64,000 nucleotides of DNA from the NCBI GenBank assembly GCA_039714315.1, contig JBDLJM010000001.1:12253-76252 (forward strand), in the 5' to 3' direction. This DNA is from Bacteroidota bacterium (GTDB taxonomy: Bacteria > Bacteroidota > Bacteroidia > Flavobacteriales > JADGDT01). The notes under the pieces are model-generated. The model did no database searches. It was not told where the DNA came from and saw only the letters and a list, made by a program, of their open reading frames with translations. The translations under genes and the position numbers were made by a program. Below, in pieces: positions 18,036 through 29,200 of the stretch. Numbering within the stretch: position 1 is the first letter of the stretch; each line of letters starts with the position of its first letter.

Positions 18036-19863
18036 TTACAGCTTGTTTTTCGTATTCTTCTAATAAAGAACCGTTAATTATTTTTTCTTCCAATCTCTCT
18101 CTGCTCACTTCTCCCTTTAAATATTTTTCAATCATTAAAGAAGCAATAGGTGCAGCCCATCTTGATCCCCAATATCCATTTTCAACAAAAACTGCTATAG
18201 CTATTTTGGGGTCTTCAACCGGGCCATAAGCTATAAATATTGAGTGATCCTGTCCATGTGGGTTTTCTGCGGTACCCGTTTTTCCCGCCAGAATTATTCC
18301 CGGTAATCTTGAATACCTGGCTGTTCCGCTTTCTGATTCAAACACAGCTACCATTCCTTTGATAACTTTATCGAAATGTTCGCTATCTATGCTTGTATGA
18401 TTCTTTTTAATGAAATCCGGATTGTTAGTAGGGATATCGTCTATTTTTTTTACGATGTGAGGCGTATAGTAAAATCCGCGATTTGCTATTGTAGCAGTCA
18501 TATTTGCGAGTTGTATTGGAGTAACCAATATTTCGCCCTGGCCTATTGCATTTGAAATGTTGTATGTAGCTTTCCATCTTCCTTTGCCGTATTGACGATC
18601 GTACAATTCAACAGAAGGAACAAGGCCTTTACGGCCTGTTGGTAAATCGTTGTTTAAGAATTTTCCCAGACCAAAACTTTTTACATGTTCACTCCATATT
18701 CTAAAACCTTCTTCCGTACTGGAATAGTTTTCTAATGATGCTTTGTAGCTTTGTGAGAAATAGTTGTTGCACGACCTTAATATGGCCGAATGTAAGTTGT
18801 GCGGTCTGTCATAAACACCACAGTGACATCTTACCCAAAGACTCCCATGATGAAAACCGTGATGACATGTGTATTTTGAATATTCATTAATTACTCCTTC
18901 CTGTAAGGCAATAAGTGCATTTACTACTTTGAATGGTGATCCAGGGGGGTATTCTGCTAATAGTCCTCTGTCGTAAAGAGGTTTTCCTACAGAGTCTAAA
19001 AGTAAAGAGTAGTTTTTTGATCTTTTTCTTCCAATCAGCAAGTTCGGATCGTAGCTGGGAGCAGAAATAGATGCCAGTATTTCTCCTGTTTTCGGTTCAA
19101 TGGCTACTATTCCTCCTCTTTTATTTGTCATTAACTTTTCCCCGTATTGCTGTAATTGAATATCAATGGTTGAAGTGATATCTTTTCCGTTTACTGGAAG
19201 TGTGTCATACAAGCTGTTTTTGTATGAGCCTTGTATCCGGTTGTGTACGTCTACAACAAAATATTTTACACCGTTTTTGCCTCTTAATTCTTTTTCGTAA
19301 GACTTTTCTATTCCTGCAAATCCGATTTGATCTCCTTGTTTATAGTAGCCGGTAGTATCTTTTTTTAATATCCAGGTCGAAACTTCACTTACATAGCCTA
19401 ATACGTTTGGAGAAGAGTTTATAGGGTATTTTCGCAATGATTTTTTCTGAATATAAAAACCCGGGAATTTGTACATTTTTTCCTGAAAAAAAGCATAGTT
19501 TTCTTTCGATAATTCCTCTACCAATACACTTGGCTTTCTCCAGGAATATACTTTAGCTTTATTCAAACGTTTTATAAAGCTCTCTTTTGTAATGTTTATT
19601 AGATTGCAGAATTCTACTGTGTCTATAGTTTTAACATTTCGGGGAACTACCATTAGGTCATAGGCAGTTTGGTTGGTTACCAATAAAACGTTATTTCTGT
19701 CGTATATGTAACCCCTGTCCGGGTATTGTATTATTTTTTGTCTTGCATTTTTCTCAGATTCAAACTTAAAAGAATCGTTTACAACTTGCAGAAAGAATAA
19801 ACGTATAATAAAAATTATCGTCAGAGAAAATAACAGTATAAATGCTAAAATTTTTCTATCCAT
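18022..19863 (-). CDS. mrdA: Penicillin-binding protein 2 (elongasome transpeptidase)
   Basis: 613 aa. SxxK (GSPFK), SxN (SCN) and KTG (GKTGTA) motifs. Sits between mreD and rodA. Confidence 0.93.
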   Translation of the reverse strand: MDRKILAFILLFSLTIIFIIRLFFLQVVNDSFKFESEKNARQKIIQYPDRGYIYDRNNVLLVTNQTAYDLMVVPRNVKTIDTVEFCNLINITKESFIKRLNKAKVYSWRKPSVLVEELSKENYAFFQEKMYKFPGFYIQKKSLRKYPINSSPNVLGYVSEVSTWILKKDTTGYYKQGDQIGFAGIEKSYEKELRGKNGVKYFVVDVHNRIQGSYKNSLYDTLPVNGKDITSTIDIQLQQYGEKLMTNKRGGIVAIEPKTGEILASISAPSYDPNLLIGRKRSKNYSLLLDSVGKPLYDRGLLAEYPPGSPFKVVNALIALQEGVINEYSKYTCHHGFHHGSLWVRCHCGVYDRPHNLHSAILRSCNNYFSQSYKASLENYSSTEEGFRIWSEHVKSFGLGKFLNNDLPTGRKGLVPSVELYDRQYGKGRWKATYNISNAIGQGEILVTPIQLANMTATIANRGFYYTPHIVKKIDDIPTNNPDFIKKNHTSIDSEHFDKVIKGMVAVFESESGTARYSRLPGIILAGKTGTAENPHGQDHSIFIAYGPVEDPKIAIAVFVENGYWGSRWAAPIASLMIEKYLKGEVSRERLEEKIINGSLLEEYEKQAVSESE

Positions 19864-19897
19864 CTTTACTTATTGTCCAATTTGACAATTAGAGTGT

Positions 19898-20407
19898 TTA
19901 AAGTTTATTTTTTCGTAAAAATAACGAAAGAGAGAGAAGAAGCAATATAGTTGAGTATATTGTACTTAAAATAATTCTAAAAAACATGCTTTTTAGTTCG
20001 TCAAAGCTAAAGTTTTCTAACCAAAATAAAGCAATGTGATGAATTAATGTTAATGAAAAAACGTAAGTTAATGATTTTGAAAAGGGTACTTCACGTATAG
20101 AATATTTTTCACCTGCTTCCTGATTCCCCATTATGATATTAAATATTTTCTGTCTTAAATATGCTATCAAGGTTATTGAGAAAGCATTTATTCCTCCCGA
20201 ATTCATGAAGAAATCGATTGATATTCCAAGGAAGAAACTACTGAGAAGAAAATACCCTAAATGTTTGTTGTAGTAAGGGAATAAAAAAACATAAAGAATA
20301 TATATCTGTGGGTTGATATATCCTCCAAAATTAATGTTATTCATTATTACTACCTGTAAAAGAAGTAATAATATGAATCTTAATATATTTGAAATATTTT
20401 TTCTCAT
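19898..20407 (-). CDS. mreD: Rod shape-determining protein MreD
   Basis: 169 aa polytopic membrane protein directly downstream of mreC, with a 4-nt overlap. Confidence 0.8.
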   Translation of the reverse strand: MRKNISNILRFILLLLLQVVIMNNINFGGYINPQIYILYVFLFPYYNKHLGYFLLSSFFLGISIDFFMNSGGINAFSITLIAYLRQKIFNIIMGNQEAGEKYSIREVPFSKSLTYVFSLTLIHHIALFWLENFSFDELKSMFFRIILSTIYSTILLLLSLSLFLRKNKL

Positions 20408-21243
20408 TTATCAGATTTATCCTCCTTGATATTGTTTATCTCGCTTTTATGAAGATTTTTAACTATGTATACTGACTTTATATTTGCATAGTCAACAAAT
20501 GACTTTACTATAATTTCATAATAATTTTGACCTATCGGGATCTCGAAATTTTCGACAGTTCCAATGTTTATTCCGGCAGGGAAGATTGTAGAGAAACCTC
20601 CTGTAGTTATTGTGTCGCCTATATTAAATTGTGCCTCTTTGGGTATGTCGCTTAATATAAATGTATTTCTATCGTTCCCGGGCCATGAAAGAGAACCAAA
20701 ATAGTTAGAGTTTTTTAATTTGGCATTTATTTGTAGGTTTTTATTGAGAACCGATATAATACTTGAATAGTTTTTTCCTACACTTTCAACTATTCCTACA
20801 ATCCCATTGGTCGAAATGACTCCGTTTTCGGGTTGTATTCCGTGTACTCTTCCTTTATTGAGAGTTATGTGATTATTTCTGTTGCGAAAAGAATTGTTTA
20901 TGATTTCAGCATCTGTAAAGTTATATTTTTGAATGAATTTAGCAGAACTTGAATCACTGATGTTTATGTAGTTTTTTTCTATTTCAAACATCGAAGATAA
21001 TAGCATGGAATGTAGTTTTGCATTTTCTTCGAGCAGTTTTTGGTTCTCTTGTTTAAGACCTATATAAGAGTCCCAGTTGTTTGCCAGGCTGTAGATCGAT
21101 CCAACAAAGTTACCTGTTGAATTCACGAATTTAGCCCTGTGGTAATCCTGGTTTTGGATAGTTAACCAGAGGGTAATCAATTGAATGAAAAGGAACAAAA
21201 AAAAGTGTTTCTTCTTTGCAAGAAAAAAAAGCAATTGCTGCAT
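20404..21243 (-). CDS. mreC: Rod shape-determining protein MreC
   Basis: 279 aa. N-terminal TM helix, coiled coil (LKQENQKLLEENAKL), beta-barrel domains (GVISTNGIVGIVESV..., FPAGINIGTV). Confidence 0.88.
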   Translation of the reverse strand: MQQLLFFLAKKKHFFLFLFIQLITLWLTIQNQDYHRAKFVNSTGNFVGSIYSLANNWDSYIGLKQENQKLLEENAKLHSMLLSSMFEIEKNYINISDSSSAKFIQKYNFTDAEIINNSFRNRNNHITLNKGRVHGIQPENGVISTNGIVGIVESVGKNYSSIISVLNKNLQINAKLKNSNYFGSLSWPGNDRNTFILSDIPKEAQFNIGDTITTGGFSTIFPAGINIGTVENFEIPIGQNYYEIIVKSFVDYANIKSVYIVKNLHKSEINNIKEDKSDK

Positions 21244-21267
21244 AACAATTAATTACCCTGGTTAATA

Positions 21268-22293
21268 TTATTTTAAAAGAAAATTGAATTTATCGATATT
21301 TTTTAGGGCTATACCGGTTCCTCTAACAACCGCTCTCAACGGATCTTCAGCAATAAATACTGGTAATTCGGTTTTTTGAGAGATACGTCTGTCCAGTCCT
21401 CGAAGCATAGATCCACCACCGGCTAAATATATGCCGGTGTTGTATATGTCGGCAGATAGTTCGGGTGGAGTTGAAGATAATGCTTCCATAACAGCATCTT
21501 CTACTCTTAAAATAGACTTATCAAGTGATTTCGCAATTTCCTGATATGTTATTGTAATTTGCTTAGGTTTTCCGGTAAGTAAGTCTCTACCCTGAACATT
21601 CATCGGTTCAGGTGGGTTTTCTAATTCCGGAACTGCAGATCCTATTTCTATTTTAATTTTTTCTGCTGTACGTTCACCAACATAAAGGTTGTGTTGAGTA
21701 CGCATATAATAACTGATGTCGCCGGTGAAAATATCACCCGCAACTTTTATTGATTTATCCGAAACAATACCTCCAAGAGCAATTACAGCAACTTCGGTAG
21801 TACCACCTCCTATATCAATTATCATATTCCCTTTTGGCTGGGTAACGTCAATTCCAATACCAATAGCTGCAGCCATTGGTTCCTGAATCATGTGTATTTC
21901 TTTTGCGTTAGCATGTTCTGCAGAATCTCGTACAGCACGTTTTTCTACTTCCGTTATCCCCGAAGGTATACAAATCACCATTCTTAGTGAAGGAGTGAAA
22001 AGCTTTTTTCTTATACCCGGTATACTTTTGATCATCTCTCTGATCATGTATTCCGAAGCCTGGAAATCAGCAATAACCCCATCTTTAAGAGGACGTATAG
22101 TTTTGATGTCTTCGTGGGTTTTACCCTGCATCTGGCTAGCATCTCTACCAACTGCAATTACTTTATTTGTAGTTCTGTCAATAGCTACAATTGAGGGGCT
22201 GTCAACTACTACTTTGTCATTGTGAATGATTAGAGTGTTAGCTGTACCCAGGTCGATGGCTATATCTTCAGTCATGAAATCGAAAAAACCCAT
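21268..22293 (-). CDS. mreB: Rod shape-determining actin homologue MreB
   Basis: 341 aa. DIAIDLGTANTLI, DIGGGTTEVAVI and LAGGGSMLRGLD motifs. Confidence 0.97.
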   Translation of the reverse strand: MGFFDFMTEDIAIDLGTANTLIIHNDKVVVDSPSIVAIDRTTNKVIAVGRDASQMQGKTHEDIKTIRPLKDGVIADFQASEYMIREMIKSIPGIRKKLFTPSLRMVICIPSGITEVEKRAVRDSAEHANAKEIHMIQEPMAAAIGIGIDVTQPKGNMIIDIGGGTTEVAVIALGGIVSDKSIKVAGDIFTGDISYYMRTQHNLYVGERTAEKIKIEIGSAVPELENPPEPMNVQGRDLLTGKPKQITITYQEIAKSLDKSILRVEDAVMEALSSTPPELSADIYNTGIYLAGGGSMLRGLDRRISQKTELPVFIAEDPLRAVVRGTGIALKNIDKFNFLLK

Positions 22294-22315
22294 GCTATAT
22301 AAAGTTTATGTTATT

Positions 22316-23848
22316 TTAGTGTTTAAAATGTCTTGTTCCTGTGAAAACCATTGGCATATCGTTTTCATTACAGTAATCGATCGAAAGCTGATCTTTAATA
22401 GAACCGCCAGGTTGGATTACTGAGTGAATTCCGGCTTTGTTTGCTGTTTCCACCGCATCAGGGAATGGGAAAAATGCATCAGAAGCCATGGCTGCTCCAT
22501 TTAAGTCAAATTCAAATGATTTTGCCTTGTGTATGGCTTGATTTAAAGCATCAATTCGCGATGTTTGTCCCGTTCCCGAAGCTATTAACTGCTTGTTCTT
22601 TGCAAGTACTATTGTGTTAGATTTAGTGTGTTTGCAAATTTTAGAAGCAAATAATAAGTCTTCAATATCTTTATCTGTTGGTCTTATGTTAGTAACAGGT
22701 TTTAAGTCTTCTTTAGTATCCGTTATACTATCTTTTTCTTGTTCTAAAATACCATTTAGAATAGTTCGAACCTGTTTTGATGGCAGTTCAATATTCTTTT
22801 GAACTAGTATAATTCTGTTTTTCTTAGATTTTAGAATATCAAGCGCTTCATTTTTGTATGAAGGAGCTATTACAACTTCACAAAAAAGCTTATTTATTTC
22901 TTCGGCAGTTTCTAAATCAATTTCAGAGTTTGATATAAGAACACCTCCAAATGCAGAAACCGGATCGCCCGCTAAGGCATCAATGTATGCCTGCTTTATT
23001 GTATTTCGTGTAGCCAGACCACATGCATTGTTGTGTTTTAAAATAGCAAATGTAGGATCGTCGTCCTTAAATTCAGCCATTAAATTAACAGATCCGTCTA
23101 CATCTAAAAGGTTGTTATACGACAATTCTTTTCCGTGTAGTTTGTCGAACATAGCTTCTAAATCGCCATAGAAAATACCTTTTTGATGTGGGTTTTCTCC
23201 ATAGCGCAGAACATTAGCGTTCGTTTCGCTGATTTTCAGTACTTCTTTTTTTTCATCTTTATTGAAGTAGTTGAATATTGCACTGTCGTAATGAGAAGAT
23301 ACATTGAATGCTTTAGATGCAAAACTCTTTCTTTGCTCTAGCGAAGTACTTCCATTTTGTTCAGAAAGAATATTGTAAACTTCCCCATACTGTTTCATTT
23401 CAGAAACAATGAGTACATCTTTGAAGTTTTTGGCAGCAGCTCTTATAAGGGAAATACCTCCAATATCTATTTTTTCAATAATATCTGCTTCAGAAGCACC
23501 TGATTCTACTGTTTTTTCGAATGGATACAGATCAACAATTACAATGTCAATAGATGGAATATTGTATTCTTTTACCTGCTCTACATCACCTTCAAAATCT
23601 CTTCTTGATAAAATTCCACCGAAAACTTTTGGGTGAAGAGTTTTCACTCTACCTCCCAAAATTGAAGGGTATGAAGTAAGATCTTCTACCGGAACAACAT
23701 CGATTCCAAGGTCGTTTATGAATTTTTGTGTACCGCCTGTGGAATATATTGTTACGTTGTTTTCATGCAATTTTCTGACAATTGGCTCTAATCCATCCTT
23801 GTGAAATACCGAGATTAGTGCTCCTTTAGCTTTTTTTATGTCGCCCAT
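22316..23848 (-). CDS. purH: Bifunctional AICAR transformylase / IMP cyclohydrolase
   Basis: 510 aa. ALISVFHKDGL...STGGT MGS-like N-domain, RYGENPHQ motif, C-terminal FTGTRHFKH. Confidence 0.97.
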   Translation of the reverse strand: MGDIKKAKGALISVFHKDGLEPIVRKLHENNVTIYSTGGTQKFINDLGIDVVPVEDLTSYPSILGGRVKTLHPKVFGGILSRRDFEGDVEQVKEYNIPSIDIVIVDLYPFEKTVESGASEADIIEKIDIGGISLIRAAAKNFKDVLIVSEMKQYGEVYNILSEQNGSTSLEQRKSFASKAFNVSSHYDSAIFNYFNKDEKKEVLKISETNANVLRYGENPHQKGIFYGDLEAMFDKLHGKELSYNNLLDVDGSVNLMAEFKDDDPTFAILKHNNACGLATRNTIKQAYIDALAGDPVSAFGGVLISNSEIDLETAEEINKLFCEVVIAPSYKNEALDILKSKKNRIILVQKNIELPSKQVRTILNGILEQEKDSITDTKEDLKPVTNIRPTDKDIEDLLFASKICKHTKSNTIVLAKNKQLIASGTGQTSRIDALNQAIHKAKSFEFDLNGAAMASDAFFPFPDAVETANKAGIHSVIQPGGSIKDQLSIDYCNENDMPMVFTGTRHFKH

Positions 23849-23995
23849 TCTGTTGTGTAATTAAGCTGCGAATTTAGGTATTTATACCATAAAATCAACA
23901 TATTGAACCTATTAAATGTTGATGATTTTTTTAACTTTTTTTTGTGAATAAATTAACTGTAAATAGGGATATTTACTTATTCCAAAGTATTGCTT

Positions 23996-25243
23996 ATGAT
24001 ATTGCTTCGAATTTTTAAGGAAAGTGTGCTCTTTGCCCTACATGCATTGGTGACAAATAAGCTTAGAACCTTTTTGTCTTTGCTAGGGGTTACAATAGGT
24101 ATTTTTGCAATTATTTCTGTGTTGTCGGCAGTTGATTCACTGGAAACTAATATTCGTTCCGAACTTGCAAGTCTTGGAGATGACGTTGTTTATGTGCAAA
24201 AATGGCCTTGGGGAGAAGGTGGTGCAGAATGGTGGAAATATATGAATAGGCCTGAAGCTACCTATAAAGATTATCAAAAGTTGACAAGTAATTTTAATAA
24301 GGCCGATGCTGTAGCAATGGCTGTTTATCCACCTTCACAAACAGTTAAGTATAAAAATAACTCTGTTAGCGAAGTGCAGGTTATTCCTATTTCTTATACT
24401 TTTCAGGACTTTGGGGCAATGGATTTGTCTAGTGGAAGGTATTTTTCACACACTGAATCAAATAACGGGAGTAATGTGGCTTTAATTGGGGCCGAAATAT
24501 CTAAAGGGCTTTTTGAGAGTAGTGATCCTCTGGGAAAATATATTAAAGTTTTTGGAAGAAAGATAAGAGTGATAGGAGTTTTTGAAAAGGAAGGTTCGTC
24601 ATTGCTCAATAATTCAAAAGACCAAAGAGTTTATGTGCCGTTGAATTTTATCAGGAAGCAGTATAACCTTAACGAGGGCAGATTGGGAAGTTATATTATG
24701 GTTCGACCCAAAGAAGGGATAGGAATTGAGCAGCTTAAGGATGAGTTAACGGGGGCAATGAGATCGATAAGAAGATTGCGTCCAAGAGAAAAGGATAATT
24801 TTGCATTGAATGAATTGTCAGTTTTATCAAGTGGTTTAGATGAATTCTTTGGGGTGTTAAATATTGCAGGAATTTTAATTGGAGGTTTTTCAATTTTGGT
24901 CGGAGGATTTGGTATAGCCAATATTATGTTTGTTTCGGTTAAGGAGAGAACTAATATTATTGGTATACAAAAGTCGCTTGGAGCAAAAAACTATTTTATT
25001 TTATCTCAATTTTTAGTGGAGTCGGTTGTTTTGGCTTTACTGGGTGGTTTATTTGGTCTTGGAATGGTTTTTGGGTTGACATTTATGGCGAGTGAATTTG
25101 CAGAGATGGAAATTTTCCTGGGAGTAAAAAATATAATTGTAGGTATCGCTATCTCTGTTAGTATCGGCCTCATAGCGGGAATAATTCCTGCCTGGATGGG
25201 TGCAAAAATGAACCCTGTTGATGCTATTCGAACAGGATATTGA
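23996..25243 (+). CDS. ABC transporter permease, MacB/FtsX-like
   Basis: MacB-like periplasmic core domain between TM1 and three C-terminal FtsX helices. C-terminal NPVDAIR motif. ATG 23996 is preferred over the TTG at 23990. Confidence 0.85.
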   Translation: MILLRIFKESVLFALHALVTNKLRTFLSLLGVTIGIFAIISVLSAVDSLETNIRSELASLGDDVVYVQKWPWGEGGAEWWKYMNRPEATYKDYQKLTSNFNKADAVAMAVYPPSQTVKYKNNSVSEVQVIPISYTFQDFGAMDLSSGRYFSHTESNNGSNVALIGAEISKGLFESSDPLGKYIKVFGRKIRVIGVFEKEGSSLLNNSKDQRVYVPLNFIRKQYNLNEGRLGSYIMVRPKEGIGIEQLKDELTGAMRSIRRLRPREKDNFALNELSVLSSGLDEFFGVLNIAGILIGGFSILVGGFGIANIMFVSVKERTNIIGIQKSLGAKNYFILSQFLVESVVLALLGGLFGLGMVFGLTFMASEFAEMEIFLGVKNIIVGIAISVSIGLIAGIIPAWMGAKMNPVDAIRTGY

Positions 25244-25715
25244 TATCGGGATACGGTATTGGCTCCATTTGTTTCGAGATTTGTTCACATACGTAACTAA
25301 GCAATTCTTCATCTTCTTTGGAAAAAGGATTTAAAATGTGCGAGTCAATATCTATTTGACCAATATTTTCTCCATTAACGAAAATAGGCACTACAATTTC
25401 TGATTTCACATCTATACTACATGCTATATAGTTGTCTTGTTCGGCTACATCCTGAACGACAAAAGTGTCATTGCTTAGAGCTACCTGTCCGCAGATTCCT
25501 TTTCCGAATGGAATAATTGTATGATCCGTTGGGGCTCCTGAAAATTTAGAAAGTTTTAATTCGTTTTTGTTTCCATTTTTAAAGTAGAAGCCTACCCAGT
25601 TATAGTGATCTATTTCGTTTTTAAGAAGATTGCATATATTTTGCAATTTCATTTCAAGCTCTAGATCAGATTCGATGATCTTATTAATTTCAGATTTATA
25701 GTTACTCGTATTCAT
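25224..25715 (-). CDS. GAF-domain protein, free methionine-(R)-sulfoxide reductase-like
   Basis: 163 aa. GKGICGQVA...VQDV...YIACSIDVKSEIVVPIF matches the fRMsr/YebR-type GAF pattern. The 3' end overlaps the convergent permease gene by 20 nt. Confidence 0.75.
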   Translation of the reverse strand: MNTSNYKSEINKIIESDLELEMKLQNICNLLKNEIDHYNWVGFYFKNGNKNELKLSKFSGAPTDHTIIPFGKGICGQVALSNDTFVVQDVAEQDNYIACSIDVKSEIVVPIFVNGENIGQIDIDSHILNPFSKEDEELLSYVCEQISKQMEPIPYPDINILFE

Positions 25716-26204
25716 AAAAGTATTTCGTTTTTAGCAATTGCAAAAATAGTAATAACTAATTAGTTTGGAATACAACACATAAGGTTAATGGTTGAGTGAT
25801 TTATGAATATTGTTGTAAGTAAATACTTTATTAAAAGAGACTGAGGTGTAAGTAAAAAACTTGTTAGGCGATATAGAGAATGTTTTAGATTTAGATTAAT
25901 ATATGAGTTTGTATGAATATTGTGATTAAGATAAGTTGTCTGTATATAACGTAAGGCACTTAAGGTCAAAAAGTTGAAGTTACTGGTTTTTTAATTAAAT
26001 GTTTAGTAGCTTCATTTATTAGATATGTGGTTTGCTATTTGTAACAAAATAATAAGGTGTTGATATCTAGTGATAATATTGAGAGAATAATTAATGATAA
26101 TTAGAAAATTATTATTTATTTTGGGGGTTGTCAGTGATTTTAAAAATATTAGATGTTTTTAATGGTTAATTGACAGTAATATGAAAAACCCATAAACCCG
26201 ATCT

Positions 26205-29200
26205 ATGAAAAGATTTTTACTTTTTGGAGTATTAATTTTGATCTTCAATACAAGTTATTCGCAAACTATTTCTCAGCCAGATTTATGGTTTACAGATGCG
26301 TGTACAGGTAACCCTGTAGGTTTTAATTACGACGTTGGTTTTACTATACAAGGTACTTTCAACAGTGGATCTGAATTTGTTATAGAACTATCAGATAAGA
26401 CGGGTGATTTTAGTTCGCCCACTGAGTTAACAAGAGTAGCTTATGTTGATGGGCAGTCTGATTATCCTGATAATATTGTTGTTTTTGATAATTCTTTGGT
26501 TGACGGAAATTCATATAAAATCCGCATAAGATCAACCAGTCCTGAAGTTTTTTCATCCGAGTCAGATAGTATAACTATTGTTTCTTCCGAAGAGCTTGTG
26601 ATTACAGCCGATGGCGACACTTCTTTTTGTTCGGGTGGTTCGGTTACATTGCGATCGGATGCTAGTGTATTTCTTACCTGGTTCAAGGATGGGGTAGAGA
26701 TTGTTGGGGAGAATTCATCAACTTTGTTGGTTACGGAATCAGGACAATACAGTATTAGAGCATTTTTGGGGATTTGTTATTCCGAGTCTAATATTATTGA
26801 GGTTGTTTCTACTAATGTGCCTACATCTGTGATTGATCCAAATATAAACCCTGAAATATGTTCTTCAGAGGAATTTACATTTAAAGCAAATAGTATAGAT
26901 ATAGATAATCCTGTATATACCTGGTATGATGAATCAAATAATGTTGTAGGTACAGGAGAGGAATTTACAACTGGAATAGCCGGTACTTATTACCTGGAAA
27001 CTTCAAATCACGGAGCTTGTAGTGATGTTTCGGAACCTGTTACTTTAACTGTGTATGATGGTATAGCAGAAATTGAGCAAAGTAGCCCGATAAAATTGTG
27101 TGAGGGGAGTGATGTTGTATTAACATCTAAGGAGAAAAATACTGAATATATATATCATTGGTTTAAAGATGGTATAGAAATAATCCAGGGAATAGGACTT
27201 ATAGAGTATTCAATACCCGGTTTAGAAATTAATAGGGGTAAATATCATTTAGAGGTAGAAACTCCTGCATGTAATGTGGCTTCTGCTGATGTTGAAGTTA
27301 TAATAAAGGCAGTTCCTGTATTTTCTATTGTTGAAGGTGATCAGGATGGCTGTAAAGGAGATTGGATTACCCTGACATCATCGTTAGTTGATACGGAATA
27401 TAATTATCAGTGGTATTATAAAAACAGTCCTCTTGTCGATTCAATCTCTACAAGTATTGATATAAATATTAGCACAGTAACAGAAGGTGATTATAAACTG
27501 GAGATGAACTTTGGCGGGGCGTGTCCCGTGATGTCGGATCCCGTTACTGTTGCAATGCACGATTTTGTAGCAGAAATTGAGCAATCAGGACCAATAGCTA
27601 CTTGCGAAGGAACAGATGTAGTATTGTTGTCGAAAGAGACTAATGCAAGTTATACCTATCACTGGTTTAAGGATGGGGCGGAAGTAGCCCAGGGTGTGGG
27701 AATGTTGGAGTATACAGTTGCAGGCTTGGAGGCTAATAGTGGTAAGTACCACTTGGAAGTGGAAAGTCCTGCTTGTATTTATGCTTCAACCGGAGTTGAT
27801 GTAAAAATTAAGGCAGTTCCTGTATTTTCGATAGTTGAAGGTGATCAGGATGGCTGTAAAGGAGATTGGATTACCCTGACATCATCGTTGGTTGATCCGG
27901 ACTATGATTATCAATGGTATTTTAAAGGCAGTCCTCTTGTTGATTCAACCTCTACAAGTATTGATGTAAATATTAGCACAGTAACAGAAGGTGATTATAA
28001 ACTGGAGATGAACTTCGGTGGAGCTTGTTCTGTGATGTCGGATCCTGTAACAATTGTAATGCACGATTTTGTTGCTGAGATAGAGCAAACAGGACCAATA
28101 GCTACTTGCGAAGGAACAGATGTGGTATTGTTGTCGAAAGAGACTAATGCAAGTTATACTTATCACTGGTTTAAGGATGGAACGGAAGTAGCTCAGGGCG
28201 TTGGAATGCATGAGTATACAGTAACCGGTTTTGAATGGAATAGTGGTAAATATCATCTGGAAGTAGAAAGCCCTTCATGTACATATATTTCAGAAGAAGT
28301 AGAAGTTGTGGTTAAGGCGGTTCCTTACTCCAAAATTATAGGTGAATTTGATGAGGAAAAATGTGAGGGAAGCGAAATAACTCTTCAGTCGGAATTAGAT
28401 GATCCTGATTATACATACGAATGGTATTTTGAAGGCAAGCTGATTAGTGGTGCGAACACATCTGATCTTAATATTGTGGTTTCCGATGAAACTGCCGGAA
28501 CCTATAATCTCATAGTCTCATATGGTTTGTGTGCCGGCCTTACAGCTCCTGATGAAGTTGTAATCCTGATGGCAAATCTGGAAGCTCAAATCTTGGGAGA
28601 TGGAGATGTGGAAATGTGTAATGGAAGTAGTGTTGTATTAACTGCAACTGCTATAGGAAATGGATTAGAATTTGAATGGTATAAGGACGATATATTGATT
28701 ACAGGAGAGAAATCAGAGAATCTTGTCGTTTCCGAAGATGGAGAATATAAGTCGAAAGTTACGTCAGATAAGGGATGTTCTCAAATGACAGATATTGTGA
28801 GTGTTTCATATGCTCAGGATAATATGGGTGTTCATGAGGATGTGATTAATATTTCTGTAGGTGAGATTGCTGAGTTTAGAGCATATGGCGGAGTTGAATA
28901 TGAGTGGTATAGGGATGGAGTTTTAGTATATGATGAAAGTAATACTTATGCGGTTTCTCCACAAAGTAATACAAGCTACCAGCTTAAAATTACTAATGAA
29001 ACCGGTTGTGAAAAAGTGATCGTTTTAAAGGTTATTGTTGAAGGACTGACAGCAAAAGATATTCGAAATTTGATTACTCCCAATGGCGATGGTAAAAATG
29101 ATGTTTGGACAATTCCTGAGGGCTTAGCTTACTCTGGAGATGTAGAGGTAACTATCCTGACCCGACAGGGATCAATCGTCCTGCAAACGGTAAATTATCA

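Noticed and set aside
25224-25243. A 20-nt overlap between the 3' ends of the convergent permease and GAF-domain genes.
   Set aside because: This is a common compaction feature. There is no evidence of regulatory significance from the sequence alone.
25760-25969. 69-aa minus-strand ORF in the 490-nt spacer upstream of the adhesin gene.
   Set aside because: The translation is low-complexity (L/T/N/I/H-rich) and there is no start context or promoter box. It is most likely non-coding AT-rich upstream DNA of the adhesin.
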